Of a stretch of 64,000 nt of DNA, positions 25,401 to 40,900 are shown one piece after another (position 1 is the first letter of the stretch; each line of letters begins with the position of its first letter). The position numbers and the translations under genes were made by a program. The notes under the pieces are model-generated. The model did no database searches and was not told the origin of the DNA. It saw nothing but the letters and a program-made list of their open reading frames with translations. Origin of the DNA: Eledone cirrhosa (lineage: Eukaryota). The stretch covers positions 147,870,001 to 147,934,000 of the forward strand of contig OZ024743.1 in the NCBI GenBank assembly GCA_964016885.1, read 5' to 3'.

Positions 25401-28180
25401 TCAAACAATGTTCAAACATGTCAGAATGGTCCACTGAATGCTCCACCGTGTCGTACTAGAATAGTCATAAGTTCTGAACTCAGGTGATATAAAACTTAAG
25501 CGCAGCTTACGAAATTTTCTGTGGTTACGTGATTACAAATCAAAATTACGTATCTGATCATATACAGTGATAACAAGTGAATGAAAATATATTGAGTATG
25601 TGCAGAGGTATACATAGATGTGTGATACGTTCGCTTCGGAACTATGAACTGAGCAACATAATGAACAAGTGTTTCTACCATAGTCTGGAGTAAACCAAAT
25701 CCTCGTGAATGAAATTTGATGAACAGAAACTGTGTGAATCACCATCATTTTCGAGTGCTGGACTTAATCTCTCACCAGGTTTAATACCACTACCTTGCCC
25801 TTTTATGCGTATAGCGGAATCCACTTTTTTAAAAGCAACTGTGCCAAACATTTTGTCTCAAAATAACTTCCTTCTTTCCTCTCATTAATCTAGCAGGCCA
25901 CCAAATATTATAGAGATTATCCTTCTTACTTTGACTAGCCAATAAACAAGTTTTGAACGTAATGAATGTATGATGGTGAAGGTGGATGAAAGACATTATA
26001 CGCCTATTGGATCCCATTATTGTAATGTATTTTAGTTTATACAAAGATTCAAATATTTCTTTAAATATTTTGGTAAGGATAGTCAACTATTTTCCTACTG
26101 AATTTTAAATTGCAGCTCATGATATATGATTACACAAAACATATCAAGCCAACTGGTAGGATGTAATAGTTTTCGCACTGGATTATGTATAAAATTAGGT
26201 TTCTTTTTATGTATTTAAGAAGTAGGTGTATTCTTCATAACACTCTTATCTTCTGTAGACAGTCAGATTTTGCAAGTGATTATCTAAATAGATTATAGGA
26301 AAAACAGTACACTCTATTGAAAGTAACCAAATATCAAGTGACTGTTATTTATTTTGAAGATTCTCGTTTGGTCTCTTTGTGTAATAAGTTTCCCCTCGAT
26401 GTTTCATATTTTAATTAGAGACATCTATAATAAACCTACATGAGTATTTGAAATGTAGCCACCGAATCGAACAACATTTTGCTGAGCTGCTCTACCTGAT
26501 TAACATAATAGATACGTCTCTACACGAAGTATTCCTATTATGTTTAGAGCAACTCACGTTTAAGAGATATAAAATATTCGACAAAATGTCCCCACAGTAA
26601 AGTGGGATTGTAACAACAAAGAACAGTACAATACCTTGCTGGAAAATCTGATTACAGTATACTGACTGCCTTTCGTTTTATATAATATTGTCTGGGGAGA
26701 ATGATTAGTATCCACAGCTTTCCATGTTCTGATTAGACCAAGGATAAGAATATTTAGATAGCGTTACAAGGATAAAAAAGGAATGTGGAGAGGCTTAGGT
26801 TTGTATGTTGTGAATATACGAGAGTGCTGACGATAAGGTCTTTGGAGAGAAACAAGTTTTATAGTTCAATGTTTTCTCTCTCCTGTGAAGGTCTTTGCTA
26901 GAAACATCAGTACATAATCTCATCTCCCCACGGCATATAAATTTATCCACTTGTGCGAACTTGACGAAATTATTTCTGTCGATGTAGAGTACCGTCAGCT
27001 TCCTTGGATTCTAGTTTTTGTTTGCTTAGTATGAATAATGTTTAGTTTGAAATTTAGGAAATTAGTATTGGCGAGAAAAACATTTGAGAAAACCTAATAT
27101 TTTTGTTGCTGTTGTTTAGTTGTTGTTTTTCAAAAAAAATGCAAATGGTAACTGGGTAAAAGATTATTCGAGTTTCAATTGATATTGCGAACAAACAATA
27201 AAATAAAATAAGACAAACGCCAAGGCAAATTAATATAAAAAATAACTAACAATACACAACAAAATTAAAATACCAAACCATTCACACTCATACATATACA
27301 GACACGGTAAAAGTAAGATAAACATATCAGAAGATATCTGAAATGCTAGAAAAAAAAGGGCAAAAGCCTTGAGGAAAATTACACGTTAAAAGAATTCTTA
27401 TCATGAATTTATAGAAAATATGCAGAGAGATGAAGAGAAAAAAAATTTGTAATATTTTGTAGGATAGATAAAGTAACAGAACAAGAGATGGGAAAAGTGG
27501 TAAAGAATTAGACAAATATCAAAAGTGACTGGTAGAAATAATAGGAATATGGCGTAAATGAGAAGAAGAAAGGTAGAATGATAGAAAAATAGAAATACAA
27601 AGTGATAGACAAAGAGATATAGAAAGACAATAACCTTGAGATAGATGGTGATAACTAAGGAAAGGAGTGTACATATTTTATGACTAAATTGATAAATTAA
27701 TTTTACATCCAAGTCACAGGACAAATGCAGCATTCATGAATTTTCATGGGGTCACCGTGACTGTTTGGAAGAAGGGAAGTTCTTTGGTTAGAGCATTGCT
27801 TTGATTGATTGAGAAAAGAGAACCCCTAAGAGCAAACAACGGCCTGGTCATGGTGATAAGATGGGAGAGTTCCATCCAAACACACGTACTTTACTTTGAT
27901 GGTTTTCCGTCTAGTAAATGTCGCTGATAAATACATTTCGACCTGAAACACTGCTTGTAATGCTTCCTAAGATATATTATTTAATACACGGTACATAATA
28001 CGTAAGACGATAAGGCACAAATGTATTCTAGAAACAGTCTCTATCTAATTATTTAGCCAGAAGACACGTTATATCTCAATTGCTTGGAGTACAAAATGCA
28101 TCCAATCCACCTACTTAAAAACTGAAATCCCTTGTCTTCATAAATCTCCTCGTCACAATAGATTTACTATCTTTTTCAAT

Positions 28181-28369
28181 AATTGTTTCTACTTTTAGGC
28201 ACAAGGCCAGCAATTACCCAGTGCATTACTGGTACTTTATTTTATCGACCCCCGTAAGGATGAAAGGCAAAGTCAACCTCGGCGGGATTTGAACTCAGAT
28301 CGTAAAGGGACGTAACTATGCTGGAAAGCATGGCGTCCGACCCTCTACCGATACTGCCAATCCACCGCC
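28181..28369 (-). mobile_element. Full-length tRNA-derived SINE with TSD
   Basis: Same family. TSD ttttcaataat at 28173-28183 and 28370-28380. Confidence 0.95.
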
Positions 28370-30011
28370 TTTTCAATAATGATGTCTAATTCATTCTATG
28401 CATATTTCAAGCATTCTTGCTCGGAAACATTTCTCAATATTTAGGAAAAATTCTGTTATATATCTTTACATTGACCGTAATTCTGAACAAATATATGATC
28501 ACTGTATCTATAATAACCCCAACTATTTAATCAAACCAACACAAAATTTAGACAATTCCTGAATATGCATATTTTAAAAATCTTTCCTAGTATGAGGTAG
28601 GTCAGATTACGTAAAATACAGAAAGTATAGTAAAAAAAGAATTCCAAAATGTTCTTTTTGTTGATAATTGGCCACATGTTGTGTCGTGTAAGGTGTCATT
28701 TCTTTAATTTTAAGTAGAGCTACGTGTTATATTTACAAATTTGATATGGAAAGAGAAAGGCGAATAGAAATATTTATTTGGAATCGAACTACATAACTTT
28801 TGTATGTCAACTGCGCAGCCTCCATACCATAATACTAAAGCGACCTTGTAACTGCCGCATTAGCATATGTAACTGTCTACATAGAAAACTGCATCTGTTT
28901 ACCTCTACTTACATCACCCGGTTGAGCCAGCCTTTATCCGTTTTTACGTTGCATTTGTAAATGTATTTAAGTTTATCATACCCGCATATCACACACATAA
29001 ACATATTTACACACATACACCCATACCCACATATACCCACATGTATGTATGTATCTCTCTCTCACACTCTTTATACACACACACAGACACACACATATAT
29101 ATATATGTGTGTGTGTGCGCGTATACATACATACATGCAATCATACATACATACATACATACATACATATAACATGCGTATGTGTGTGGAGCGATGTCAA
29201 TGTGTGTTTGTGTGTGTGTTCGTACGTGCGCATAATTGATTTTTGCCAATCAACACAATATTCCTGCTATCTATGTCGAATAGACATATATTCTACTTAG
29301 TCTATCAAATTGTCATAAATTAGTATTAAGTCTACATACTTTAAATATAATAAAATTGTGAATTAAACGGTTCGTAAGTGATGAATAATATGACTAGAAT
29401 GTAACTTATCTTAACATTCTTCTGGTAAGCATTGCTGAATACGTCTCAGAATTAGTAATCAAGTAATTAAAATTCCTTTTACAATCCTGTCGGAAATGTG
29501 TTAGCGAAGTTATCACATTGAATTGCAGTTGTTAAGAAAGAGATAGTATGTAACCATCGGTACCTATATTATCACTGTAAACGTATTAGCGTTTTTGAAA
29601 TTTGTTCCAAATGGAAAATTACTGATGTGAACGAATTACTTACAAGATCTTCTAAAAACTTTGTTCTATTGTTATAGGCAGCTTCCAACATCGTTTGACT
29701 TCACGATTCTACGTTATTTTGTTACCATGCTTATCACTGTCATTCCTACTGTAAATTTTGTCATATAAAAACTAATAGTACGAAGAGAAGCTGCTGGCAG
29801 ATTCTAATGTTATGAAGAAACTTAAAATGTTATCATATGAAGAGTATGTAATTGAATTATATATTCATATATCTTAACGTCATTTCCCCTAACATGTAGC
29901 ATGTCAGTAATAATGTGAATAAAACTGCTAATTAATCATATAGGAATGAGCGGGTAACTTGACACAGAAACTATTGAACTCAAAACCATGTTTCTGCCAC
30001 TTTATCACGCT

Positions 30012-31335
30012 TAATAATAATTATTACTTTATTGGTCAGAAAGGCCGAAACATAATGGACAATATAAAAACCGGGTCAGTGGTGATTTACATACAGCACG
30101 AACAAGGATAACAAGAAACAATTAAGAATTAATTAATAACAGTAAAATGACTCAATCGGGGAAGTGCCACCCAGGGTTAGCTTAGGAACATCACAGATTC
30201 TAGATCACTCTAATCTCCAAGAGGAACATCGGAAGTTGGCCTCTCCTCCCTAAACACTCCAGCGTAAAGGCTCAGGCTCAGGCTCAGAAGTAACTAATTC
30301 CCTCGGGCCAACCGCACTAATTTTGCCCACATTTTACCAAATGTACTGGGGACATTACTTGTATCTTCACCCCCCCCCCACCTTTCTTTCTGGATCGAAT
30401 TTGAAAGAGTTTGGCCGAACGGGAAAGTGTCTGCCTTCAGGCCTTTCAGCGGCATCCACCACACAACCGTTTTCACTACAGCCCCGAGACAGAAAAACTG
30501 TTTACTCTTCCCGGTTAAGCGAAGGAAACTGGGTAATCTTCAGGATGGACGCGATCGAGAGCCGGTTCCTTCCTACACGTGATAATAGCCGTTCATCAAA
30601 ACGCAATGAGTGAGCAATGCTCGGACAATGGACATTTGCATGCAGAACGGTTTGATCACTGCGCGCATCACGGACAGATCCGCCTGACAACATTTCCGCG
30701 CCAGTCGAGTTTGTCTCGAAATGGAAGTGCAACCCCCATCATCCAGTAGCATTGCCGAGCCAGGGATTTCTGGAAGTTCTCAATAGTCTCGGACTCGAAG
30801 GTTAATTTTATTCGTCGACGTCCAGATTTCCACCGAGAACGTCGTCGCTCTAGCGCACCACTAGCCTTCTATAGATTTCTAGTGTGTAAATTTTACTGAA
30901 CGCATTGCGCGACAGGTGCCAAGTCTCGGACTTCGCTTAACCTAGGACTGCAACTCAGTCAAATAAACGAACACCTGTTCACCGTTTAGGAATATCTGGA
31001 GATGCCGTAGCCTCAACACATGTTTGGGCATCATCAGCAACGGTTTGCCCAGCTCTCCACGTAGAAAGTGCTGACAGCAGATGGACCACTTCCCTTGTGG
31101 AACCTTTCCTTTCTACAAGAAGTTGAAGAACCGGCGTTCCAATTTGGTGAGGCACGGATGGGGGCAAGGCATGACGGTCAGGTGGTAATACCCGATCTTT
31201 CTGTGATAGCATCCTTTCGGCCCATTTTTCTGTGAGAGTGGCTAACCTGCTCATTACCTCGTCCAAATTCGTATCTTCCTGCAGATCTGGCCCGAATCGT
31301 CCATACAGCGTCCGACAATGCTGTTGAAAGGCATA
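30012..31335 (-). mobile_element. Degenerate 5'-truncated Tx1-type LINE
   Basis: DEVMSRLATLTEKWAERMLS, SDQTVLHANVHCPSIA and VVWWMPLKGLKADTF match ORF2 of the younger copies. Confidence 0.85.
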
Positions 31336-31654
31336 ACTCCACTACTCTCAGAAGACGAATGATGACTGAGATCTTGTGGATGATATATATTTTGATGTGG
31401 AGAAGTACCCCAACACTGATACCAGTTTTCTGATCTGTCTCGTTTCACTCCGGATATCCACCTCTTGTGGAATTCTTGAAATATTGACCCTTATTGCTCT
31501 TCTTCCTGAATAAGAATGATAGAGAATATACTTATCATTCCGACAGGGTTCCCCAAACTACCGAGTATCTCGAGGTTATCCCGATTCCATATACTAGTGG
31601 CCGTCAAGTCACAAGATATTAGTGTTAATATTTCACGTTATTAATTCTGATGGT

Positions 31655-31802
31655 TTGGCAGAAATGGTAGAGTTTCGGATAAAGTTGCATTGCAGTAATT
31701 GTTCGGGCTCTTTACTTACTGAGTTCAAATCCTATCGGGGTCAAGTTTACCTTTTATTCGATAAAATAACGTACCAGACAAGTATTGGGTTAATTTTATC
31801 AA
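31655..31802 (+). mobile_element. Diverged SINE of the same superfamily
   Basis: tggcagaaatggtagag...gagttcaaatcc...cgataaaataacgtaccag. Confidence 0.7.
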
Positions 31803-32880
31803 CGTTTCCCTTTCCACTAAATTACTGGTCTAAATGTCTAAATAATAAATCAATACTCCGTACCAATTTAAATATTTAAGTACACTTACACTTAAACGAC
31901 GATTATGTCTGTTTATTGAATCCTTAATTTGCAAACTATATATGAATAAAGATATATTTACTGTCTTAAATGATAATGTAGGCCAAGGCATGCAATACTC
32001 AAACGAGAAATGAGGAACATATCTGGAATGTCTTTGATCATAGGTTTTCTTTGTAAACTCAACACCAACAACAATAACAACTTGATATATGACAAACTAA
32101 AATCCATATGCTTTTGGAGTGAAATTGAACACCCTGAAGTACAATGCATTACTTGGTTGGCTTGTTAGGATGATCCATTGACACTCGTAACATCCTGAGT
32201 TTTATTCCCGACAGTGCAGTGTTTTGTCCGTGAGCAAGATACTTAATATTGTCATCAATATTTATGCAAACAAAAATATGACTTTTAAATCCACGGAATG
32301 ACAATTTTTACTATTATTCTACCCTCAGCTTAGCTCTGTCCGAACATACCTGTGATGAAAATCATTCTAGATATTATATGACGTTTTCCACGTTATAAGA
32401 GAGTTGGGTGTGATTAATGAATTATTCTCGTAAGTAGAGCAAATACTTAGAAGCTCTTTCCTAAATGTAGTTTACATTACGAAAATATGCACCTATAACT
32501 AAATAACGTTTCACCCTATTAAACTATATTTGTATAAGTTACATACAAAATATGATATAAATTTTCATAGAGAATGCTCTCATCAAGAGAATAATCTTAC
32601 AAAAATGAAATGCAGAAATGTAAGATATTCCAGATGCTGACATTGTATGTTCTTGAAATGTATTTTGACCAGACACTTGGATTCGAAACGAGCCTCTTAG
32701 TTTTTGAAAAGAATTACTGCACTAATGTCTCTTGGCATGAAAAATGATACACACACAATATTCTTAGATACACATCACACATATACATACACAAATGTAT
32801 GCATATATATACATATATATATATATGTATATCACTATCTATCTATTTATATGTCTATCTATCTATCTATCTCTCTCTCT

Positions 32881-32936
<56 letters not shown>

Positions 32937-34403
32937 TTGTATATATATATATATGTTTATAACTTGGAATTGTGTGTCGAAGTACTTACCTAACTATTTA
33001 TATTTACACATTTATATATGTACATTTGTTTGAAAATGTCTGTATATAAAGCTCCTGTTGTATTATAAATATTTGATTGCATTTATTGCATTGCTATTGT
33101 TTATTTTTCTTTTATCAAATCTATGTGTTATAAAATTCCATATATAATCCATTTTAACTTCCTAGCAGTAACTAATTTCTATCTAAAATACCAACAAAAT
33201 CAGTAACATTAATGCTAATGAACTATAGAATACCTTCGATAGTTTTCCTGTTAACTTTCATCTTTAATGATAATAACACAGTATTAAATCTTATGATAAT
33301 ACTTCACAAGCTAGAGTGTTCATAATAAAATTATATGTGTTCTGAAACATTTTTCATGGCAACTCTGAAACGAAAAAGTATATAAAAAGTAAATGTATTT
33401 TAAAAAACACCTAAATAAAATTATTTATAAGAAAGAAATGATTTTTTTAGAAAAATCAACCAATCTTAAAAGAAGACAGTATCAGAAAGTGAAACTCAAA
33501 AGTGACAAAAAATATATAAATAAAATATAAACGAAACAACAAAGGAATTTCAATGAAAAATTGAAATAAAATAGAAGAAAATAACAAGCCTGAACACAAT
33601 TGCAACTGAAATGAAGCAATATTAAAGGTAAAATATGTAAGCTGAAGTTATTTATCGTCGGAGGCAAGAGCGTGTTTCTTCTTATTTTCTCCGGAAGCAG
33701 GCGAGACAGATTTGTACTTTAAACCAGTTACACTGATATTTTCAGAGCCTATAGCTTCTTGTAAGTTATGTTTGAAGGGCTTGCAATTTTTTCGACAAGA
33801 ACCAGTCATGGGAAGAAAATATTATATGTAGCTTGCAGATATGCATCTCACCTTGTTCAATGAATTACTCTATTGCTCTACCCCACGCCATTCTATATTA
33901 TTTTATTCCAATTACATTGTTCATGATGGTGAAGATGGCGTTTTTAACGGTGTATACGTATATATTTGTGCTTGAATGTGTGTGCATGCGTGTATGTTTG
34001 TTTGTTTTTTAGTGTGTGTGTATGTGTGTGTCTGTGTGTGCATGTGAAAGAGGTGAAGTGGGTGGGAAGTGTTAGTTGATACAGAACAATGATCTAGAAA
34101 ACAGATAAATTCAAATGGGAGCAATTGACATGCTTGGAAATTTATTTGACATGTAAGCTTGCAAGGTTGGAATTCCGATTTTCTGCTCTTTCAGTTGCAT
34201 ATATTATATGTTAGAGGCTGTGTGTATTGTGGTTTACCTTCTGTGCACTGCTTACAGCTACGTTGCAATTTCAATGGCTTGCCCCGTCTCTGATAGCTTC
34301 TATAATTTTTGTTATACTGCTTTCTTCTGGATCACTTACTTCATGGAAATCCTGTTTGACTCTTATTCTTCTTCTGCTATTGATATTGTGTGTGCTTGTT
34401 GTT

Positions 34404-34419
34404 AATAATAATAATAAAA

Positions 34420-34452
<33 letters not shown>

Positions 34453-37400
34453 TTTTCTTTGTTAACCACAAGGGTTTACATAAAGTAGACATTAAGGACA
34501 GTACAGGACAATACAGGACGGTACAAATGGGCATTTCTGCGTGTAAAAAAAACAGAGGATGTAATAAAATAACAAAGAAAAATTCCCCAATAGGGGGGAG
34601 ACTTCCGAGGGACATTTGTGGAGAAAGCCCATTAAAAGACCACAGTGACCCTGATCACCAGGGCAAGTGCCCTCTCCCAGTTTTCCACCGTTAATTTACA
34701 GACACATACACAGAGAAGGCCCATTTACTCGGGCCATACTTGCTTCTGTCACCCATTTTTCAACAAAATGCTGGGAAGAGAGCACTTCCCTCTCTACCCT
34801 GATTTTCCTTTTCAAATGAAATTTGAAAAAGTTAATCAGGGCATTACCGAAGAGGTAAGTGCTCGTCTTCAGCCCTTCAAAAATGTCCACCATACTATCT
34901 CTTTCGCCATGGCCACCAGACAGATTACAACTGCCTGCCCTTCTCGGCTAAAGGAAGAGGGCGGGGCAATCCTCACGATGGACTCAGCTGATAGCTAGAT
35001 CAGTCCCACACGCGACAACAGGTGTTTGACATAAACCCACAAGTCAGCAATGCTCGGACACTGGACGAGTGCGTGCAGGACAGTTTCGTCGCCCTGTGCG
35101 CATCTCGGACATGCCCGGCTGACGGCACCTCCATGCTTGTAGAGTTTATCTCGAACTGGCAAAGCTCCTCGGTAGCACTTCCAGGCCAGAGATTTCTGGA
35201 AGTTCTCCATAGGCCCCGACCCGAAAGTTCTTCCGAAAAGGTTGGCTAGTTGATTTTCGTCGACGCCTAGAGTTTCCCCAAGTACGTCGTCGCTCTTCCC
35301 CTCCACTTATCCTCTATAGAACGCCAAGGTGGAGTTTCCACCGATCACATTGCCAGATTGGTCGAGGGCTGTGAGCGCCTGAAGAGATTCCAGTCTCCAG
35401 GCGCTCCCTCTCGGTCTTCGCTTGACCCAGGACTGCAGCTCCGTCAAGGAAACGAGCTGGGGAAATACGTGTCTAGCAAACGGCGACCACACCTGATCAC
35501 CGTCGAGGAAGAGGTGGAGAAGTCGTAGCCTGAGCGCGTGTCTGCGCATCATCAGCCACAGCATTCCTAGCCCTCCAAGTAGCGGGTGTTGACAGCAGAT
35601 GGACCACCTGACCATCGGAGCGCGTCCCTTCCACAAAAAGCGAAAGAGCAAACGTTCCAGCGCAGTCAGGCGAGGCTTAGGACAAGGTACGACGGTGAGG
35701 CGGTAGTAGATGACGGACGCGATATACGCGTTAGCCACCTCCGCTCGACCTTTCAGGGATATCTTCCTCTCGGCCCATTTCTGGGTGAGAGAAGCCACCC
35801 TGCTCGTCACCTCGTCCCAGTTTTTGTCCGTCTGGAGCTCCGGACCGAACCAGACCCCTAGCAATTTAACCGGTCCGTCCGTCCAGCGCCCGACGACGCT
35901 GTTGGACGGCATGGACCTGCCTCTCCAGGTGCCGAGCTGCAGGCCCACTGACTTTTCCTGGTTGATCATTGGTCCTGTCACCGCTTCGTATTCTCTTAGT
36001 GTAGTGCCGATCGCCTCGATGTGCTTGGCGTTCGACACCACTGCGGTGACATCGTCCGCATATGCTGACACGGATCTTCCGCTCCTATTTCGCGCGGGAC
36101 CCCGCTCAACGTCTCCAGTTTGTGCAGTAATGGCTCGAGAGTCAATACGTACAAGAGGGACGAGAGGGGACATCCTTGGCGGACCGAGCGCATGATGTTG
36201 AACGGTTCCGAAAGGTGACCGTTCACTCTCACCACAGAGCAGATGTCGCTGTGCATGGCAGCGATCCAGCATCTGAAGACGGGCACAAAGGCAGCCGCCC
36301 TCAGGACTGCCGATAGGTAACGATGGTCGACACTATCGAAAGCTTTCGACTGATCTAAATTGATCAAGGTCACACCCATTCCAGGTTCCCTAGCTACCCT
36401 CTCTATGATGTATCGCATGAGGTGGAGGTTGTCGTGGATGGATCTGTCGGGAATGGCGCATGTCTGCGCCTCTACCACCAGACTCCAACAACAAGCGCCA
36501 AATTCTTTGCTAGCACCGTGGCCAAAATCTTGAACTCTGTGTTTAGCAGAGTTATGGGCCTAAAATTATCTATGTTATCCCCTTGTTCGGATCCTTTCTC
36601 AGCAGCACCACAGCTCCTCGGCTCACAGAGCTGGGAATTCTCCCGTTCTGTAGTCAGTTGCAGTAGAAGTCCGCCAAGAGGCCTCCGAACAAGTCTGGCA
36701 TCTGTACGTAAAGTTCATAGGGCAGACCATCCAAACCAGGCGATTTGCCCCTTGTGCAGCTAGTCATTGCCTCCCGTATTTCAGCGGCTGTTATCAGCTT
36801 TTCGCAACACTCCGCCTCAGTGACCGAGATCCGCGGCAGTCCGTCGAGGTAGACACTAAAGTCCATCACTTGACCCGGCCCACCGCTGCCCCCGAACAGC
36901 TGAGCGAAGTGTCGCTGAAAAGCTTCACACATTTGCCCGGGATCGTGTAGCATGTGTCCGTCGTGGTCTACCAAAGAGCTGATCGTGGCTTTGTTGCCAC
37001 GACGCGCCTCCGCCACTCGGGCGCATTGAACGGCTTTCGTCCCCTCGTGCCTGAGAGCACGCACCCTTGCTCTGACAACGCAGCCTTAGTGCTTTGCATT
37101 GAAGAATTGGTCAAGGGCCAATTTCGCCGCAAGCACGTCGGTCGCGATGCCTTTGTTAAGCGCCTCGTCTAATTTTCTAACTAGTTCTCCTTCCGCTCTA
37201 TTTTTCTCTATTGCTAAAGCCTTACTAAACCTAATGGACTCTATTCTAATCGCTCTTTTCAGAGCAAACCACCACTTGTTGTTGACGTTGGCTCCCGTCA
37301 TCGCCCGCTTAACTAGTTCGCTAATCCGGTCTCTGTAGGCCTTGCGCGCTGGTAAGGACGCGTTTAGCTTCCAGTAGACGGGTCCTCGTCTATGAAGCCT

Positions 37401-37989
37401 ATCTAAGTCAAGCACACAGATCACGAATTTGTGGTCCGTGTAGCTGACTATCTTGAATTGTGGACTGCCTATGCTAGACCTATCTATTTCTCTACAAACT
37501 ATTCTATCTAGATATGATCTGGATGACCCTATGCGATTTGTCAAAGTCCACATTGGCACATTCGGGAAATCCAATCGGTACCTGTCAGACAGTTCAAAAC
37601 GCCTGAGCAGGTTGGTGAGGCTCTTGCACCATCCTCCCCTATCCGCTAATTCGACACAGTCCCAGCGTGCATCTAAGATCCCGTTCCAGTCGCCCACTAA
37701 CACTAAAGAGCGGGACGTTCCAAGAAAGGTCTCCAGATGCTGGAAGAAATCAGGCCGCCCTGCTCCTGTCGGGGCATAGACGGCCACTAGCCTGAAAGCT
37801 TGCCCGTCTCCGCTGGTCACATCTAGCACCACCAACTTACCTTCTGGGTCCAGGAAGATGGCCCGTATGGCTAGATCCAAACCTCTCCGAAAAAGCACAG
37901 CAACTCCTCCCCCGATCCCGGACGGCTGGGAGATGCGTACACATCGTAGCCGCCGAAGTTCGGTGCGAAGGCCCGTGCTTCGGAGATTC
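34404..37989 (-). mobile_element. Tx1/L1-type LINE copy A (ORF2: APE endonuclease, RT, C-terminal Zn finger), frameshifted, with (TTA)n tail
   Basis: FRLVAVYAP, LVGDWN, SYLDRI and YTDH (APE); GKSPGLDGLP, DQSKAFD, SVRQGCPLS and AYADD (RT); CPRC...ETVLHALVQC. Tail at 34404-34451. Confidence 0.95.
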
Positions 37990-40900
37990 GTACAAGAGGG
38001 ACGAGAGGAGACAACCCTGGTGGACCGAGCGCATGATGCTGAACGGCTGCGACAGGTAACCGTTCACCCTCACAACTGAGCAGCTGTACATCGCAGCGAT
38101 CCAACCCTGGCACGGCCCGAAACCGGCTGCCTCGAGGACCGCCGCCAGTTACCGATGGTCGATCCTATCGAATGCTTTGGATTGATCGGGGCCCCACCCG
38201 TGCCAGGTTGCTTAACCAACCTCTCTATGATTATCGCATGAGGATGAGGTTGTCGTGTATGAATCTGTCCTGAATGGCGCATGTGTGGGCCTCTCCCACC
38301 AGACCCTTGACGACAATCACCAACCTCGTTGCTAACACCTTGGCCAAAATCTTGAACTCTGCGTTTAACAGGGTTATGGGCCTGAAATTATCAATAACAT
38401 ATCCCTTGTTCGGGTCTTTTCCCAGCAGCGCCACCGCTCCCCGGCTCACAAAACTGGAAATGCCCCTGTTCTGCTGCCAGTTGCACTAGACGTCCGCTAA
38501 GAGGTCACCGAACAAGTCTGACATAAATGCATAAAAATCATAGGGAAGACCATCCAAACCTGGCGATTTACCCCTCGTCCAGTTAGCCATCGCTTCCCGT
38601 ATTTCACCGGCTGTTATTGGCTGTTCGCAACTCTGTTGCGGTCGTCGAGAGCCGAGGCAGTCCATCGAGGTATGCACTGAAGTGCATATCCCGATCCGGC
38701 CCGCCGCTGCTCCCGAACAGTTCAGAAAAAGACCGAATTGTGGCTTTGTTGCCAAGTCGCGCCTCTGCCACCCGGGTCCATTGGACAGTTTTGTCCCCTC
38801 GTTTTTCAGAGCACGCGCTCTAGCTCTGACAAAGCAGCCTTCGTGTTTTGCGTTGAAGAATTGGTCGAGTGCCAATCTCACCGCAAGCACATCGGTTACG
38901 ATGCCTGTCCTAAACGCCTCTTCTAACTTTCTGACTAACTCTCTCTCTACTCTATTTTCCTCTATCACTAGTCCTTCGCTAAACCTAATCGACTCTACTT
39001 TAATTTCCCTTTTCAGGGCGAACCACCACCTGTTGTTGACAACCGCTCCCGTCAACGCACGCTTAAGTAATAGGCTAATCCGGTTTCTGTAGGCTTTGCG
39101 CGCCGGGAAAGTCGCGTTCAATTGCAGTAACCGGGTCCTTGTCTATGAAGTCTGTCTATGTCAATCTCACAGATCACAAATTTGTGGTCAGTGTAGTCGA
39201 CTATTTTAAATTGTGGACAACTTATACTAGCCTTATCTAGTTCCCTGCAGAATACCCTATCGAGATTCGATCTGGATGACCCGATGCGGTTTGTCCAGTC
39301 TACATTGGCACATTCGGGTGATCCAGTCGATACCTGTCAGACAGTTCAAAACGTCTGAGGAGGTTGGTGAGGCTCTTGCACCCCCTCCCCTATCCACTAG
39401 CCCCACACAATCCCAGCGTGCATCCACGATACCGTTCCAGTCGCCCACTAATACTAAAGATCGGGACGTTCCAAGAAAGGTCTCTAGACGTCTAAAGTAA
39501 TCTGGCCGTCCTGTCCCTGTTGGGGCGTAGACGGCTACTAGCCTGAAAGCATTGTCTTCGCTGCCGGTCACGTCCAGCACCACCGACTTACCTTCTGGGT
39601 CTAGGAAGATGGCCCGTATGGCGAGATCCAAGCCTCTCCGAAAAAGGACAGCCACCCTTCCCATGATCCTGGACGTTCTGGGAGATGCGTATACATCGTA
39701 GCCGCCGAAGATCGGTGCGAAGGCTCGTGCTTCGGAGATTCTGGTCTCGCTGATGGCCACCACATCTATGTTTAGTGACCTGAGGTTGTTGAGCAGGTGA
39801 CCCTGCTTCCAAGATGACCCCAGGCCACGTGCATTTATACTGCCTATTCTGAGTACGGCCATGATGGATGAGAAACGGGGCAAGTGAGAAAGGGTCACTA
39901 CTTTGATCGTGTGGTGAAGGGACAGTAGAACCGTCCCTTGGGCTGGTCATGGGTGTTTCTAAGAGGATGTCAGTGTATATCCTCTTGGTAACCGACCCTC
40001 TATAGTCTCCAACTGCGTTGGGGAATTTTTGTTTTAAAGTGTGTACTGTTTTATTGAGATTTCAATGATGCTTATGTTTATCGGGAGAGTTCTTGGTTTT
40101 GGTGGGGTGCAGTAGTTTTTCTATGTGATGTCTGTGTGCTGCTTTATATATTGTATGAGTTCTTTTTTTGCCATGTTTATGGCTGTGTACTTTTTGGGGG
40201 GAGGGGTGATTTTGTTGCTGTTTTCTTCTTGTTGCTGTTTGGTGTGTGTGTTTTGTTTTGTTTGCGCTGTTGGTGTTTTTGTGATGGATGTGGTGGGGTG
40301 GTTGTTGTTGGCGTTGGTGCTTGTGGTGGTGATGGTGTTGGTGGTGGTGTTGCTGCCTTTACTCCTCTTTGTGTGCTTTCGCTTTTGGAGGGTGAATATA
40401 AGGTTTTTTTTTTGTTTTTTGTTTTTTGTGGCAAACCGTTTGCCACTTCACTCCCGCCTCAAACTCCATGTCGGAATCCGTGGCGTCTGGGTGGGATATG
40501 TGCTCCACGGCTGTTGGTGGTGGTAGTGGAGCCTTCTTCGGCAATTTTGTTGCTGGTGTAGCTACTTCAAATGTAGCTATTTGTGTTGCCGCCACTAATG
40601 CTGCTGCTTTATTTGTCCGTGGCCTTGGTACGGATGCCACGGACGTTGCCCTCCTACTCACCGTGGAAGGGGCTTCTGCATTTGTTGCCTGCCCTGCTCT
40701 TGGTAGCAGCGGACCAGGTATTGGAAGGAAAGGGGCCTTCTTCTTCGCTGTCTTCTGCGGGCAAAAGGCCCTGAGGTGACCCTTTGACCCACAGAGATAA
40801 CATTTTGGCCGTCTTCCTTTTACGCTTAGAGGGAGTTGGAGTCCTTCCTCAACGTCTATGATATCGGAGATAGCGTCGATACATTCCTGGTCAGTTTGTA

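Noticed and set aside
26826-26910. CTGACGA...GAAAC and ctgtgaagg...gaaacatcag motifs
   Set aside because: Stem II and stem I pairing cannot be formed convincingly.
22500-30000. Possible host exons in the repeat-poorer AT-rich stretch
   Set aside because: No ORF with recognisable protein character. Small exons cannot be excluded without RNA evidence.
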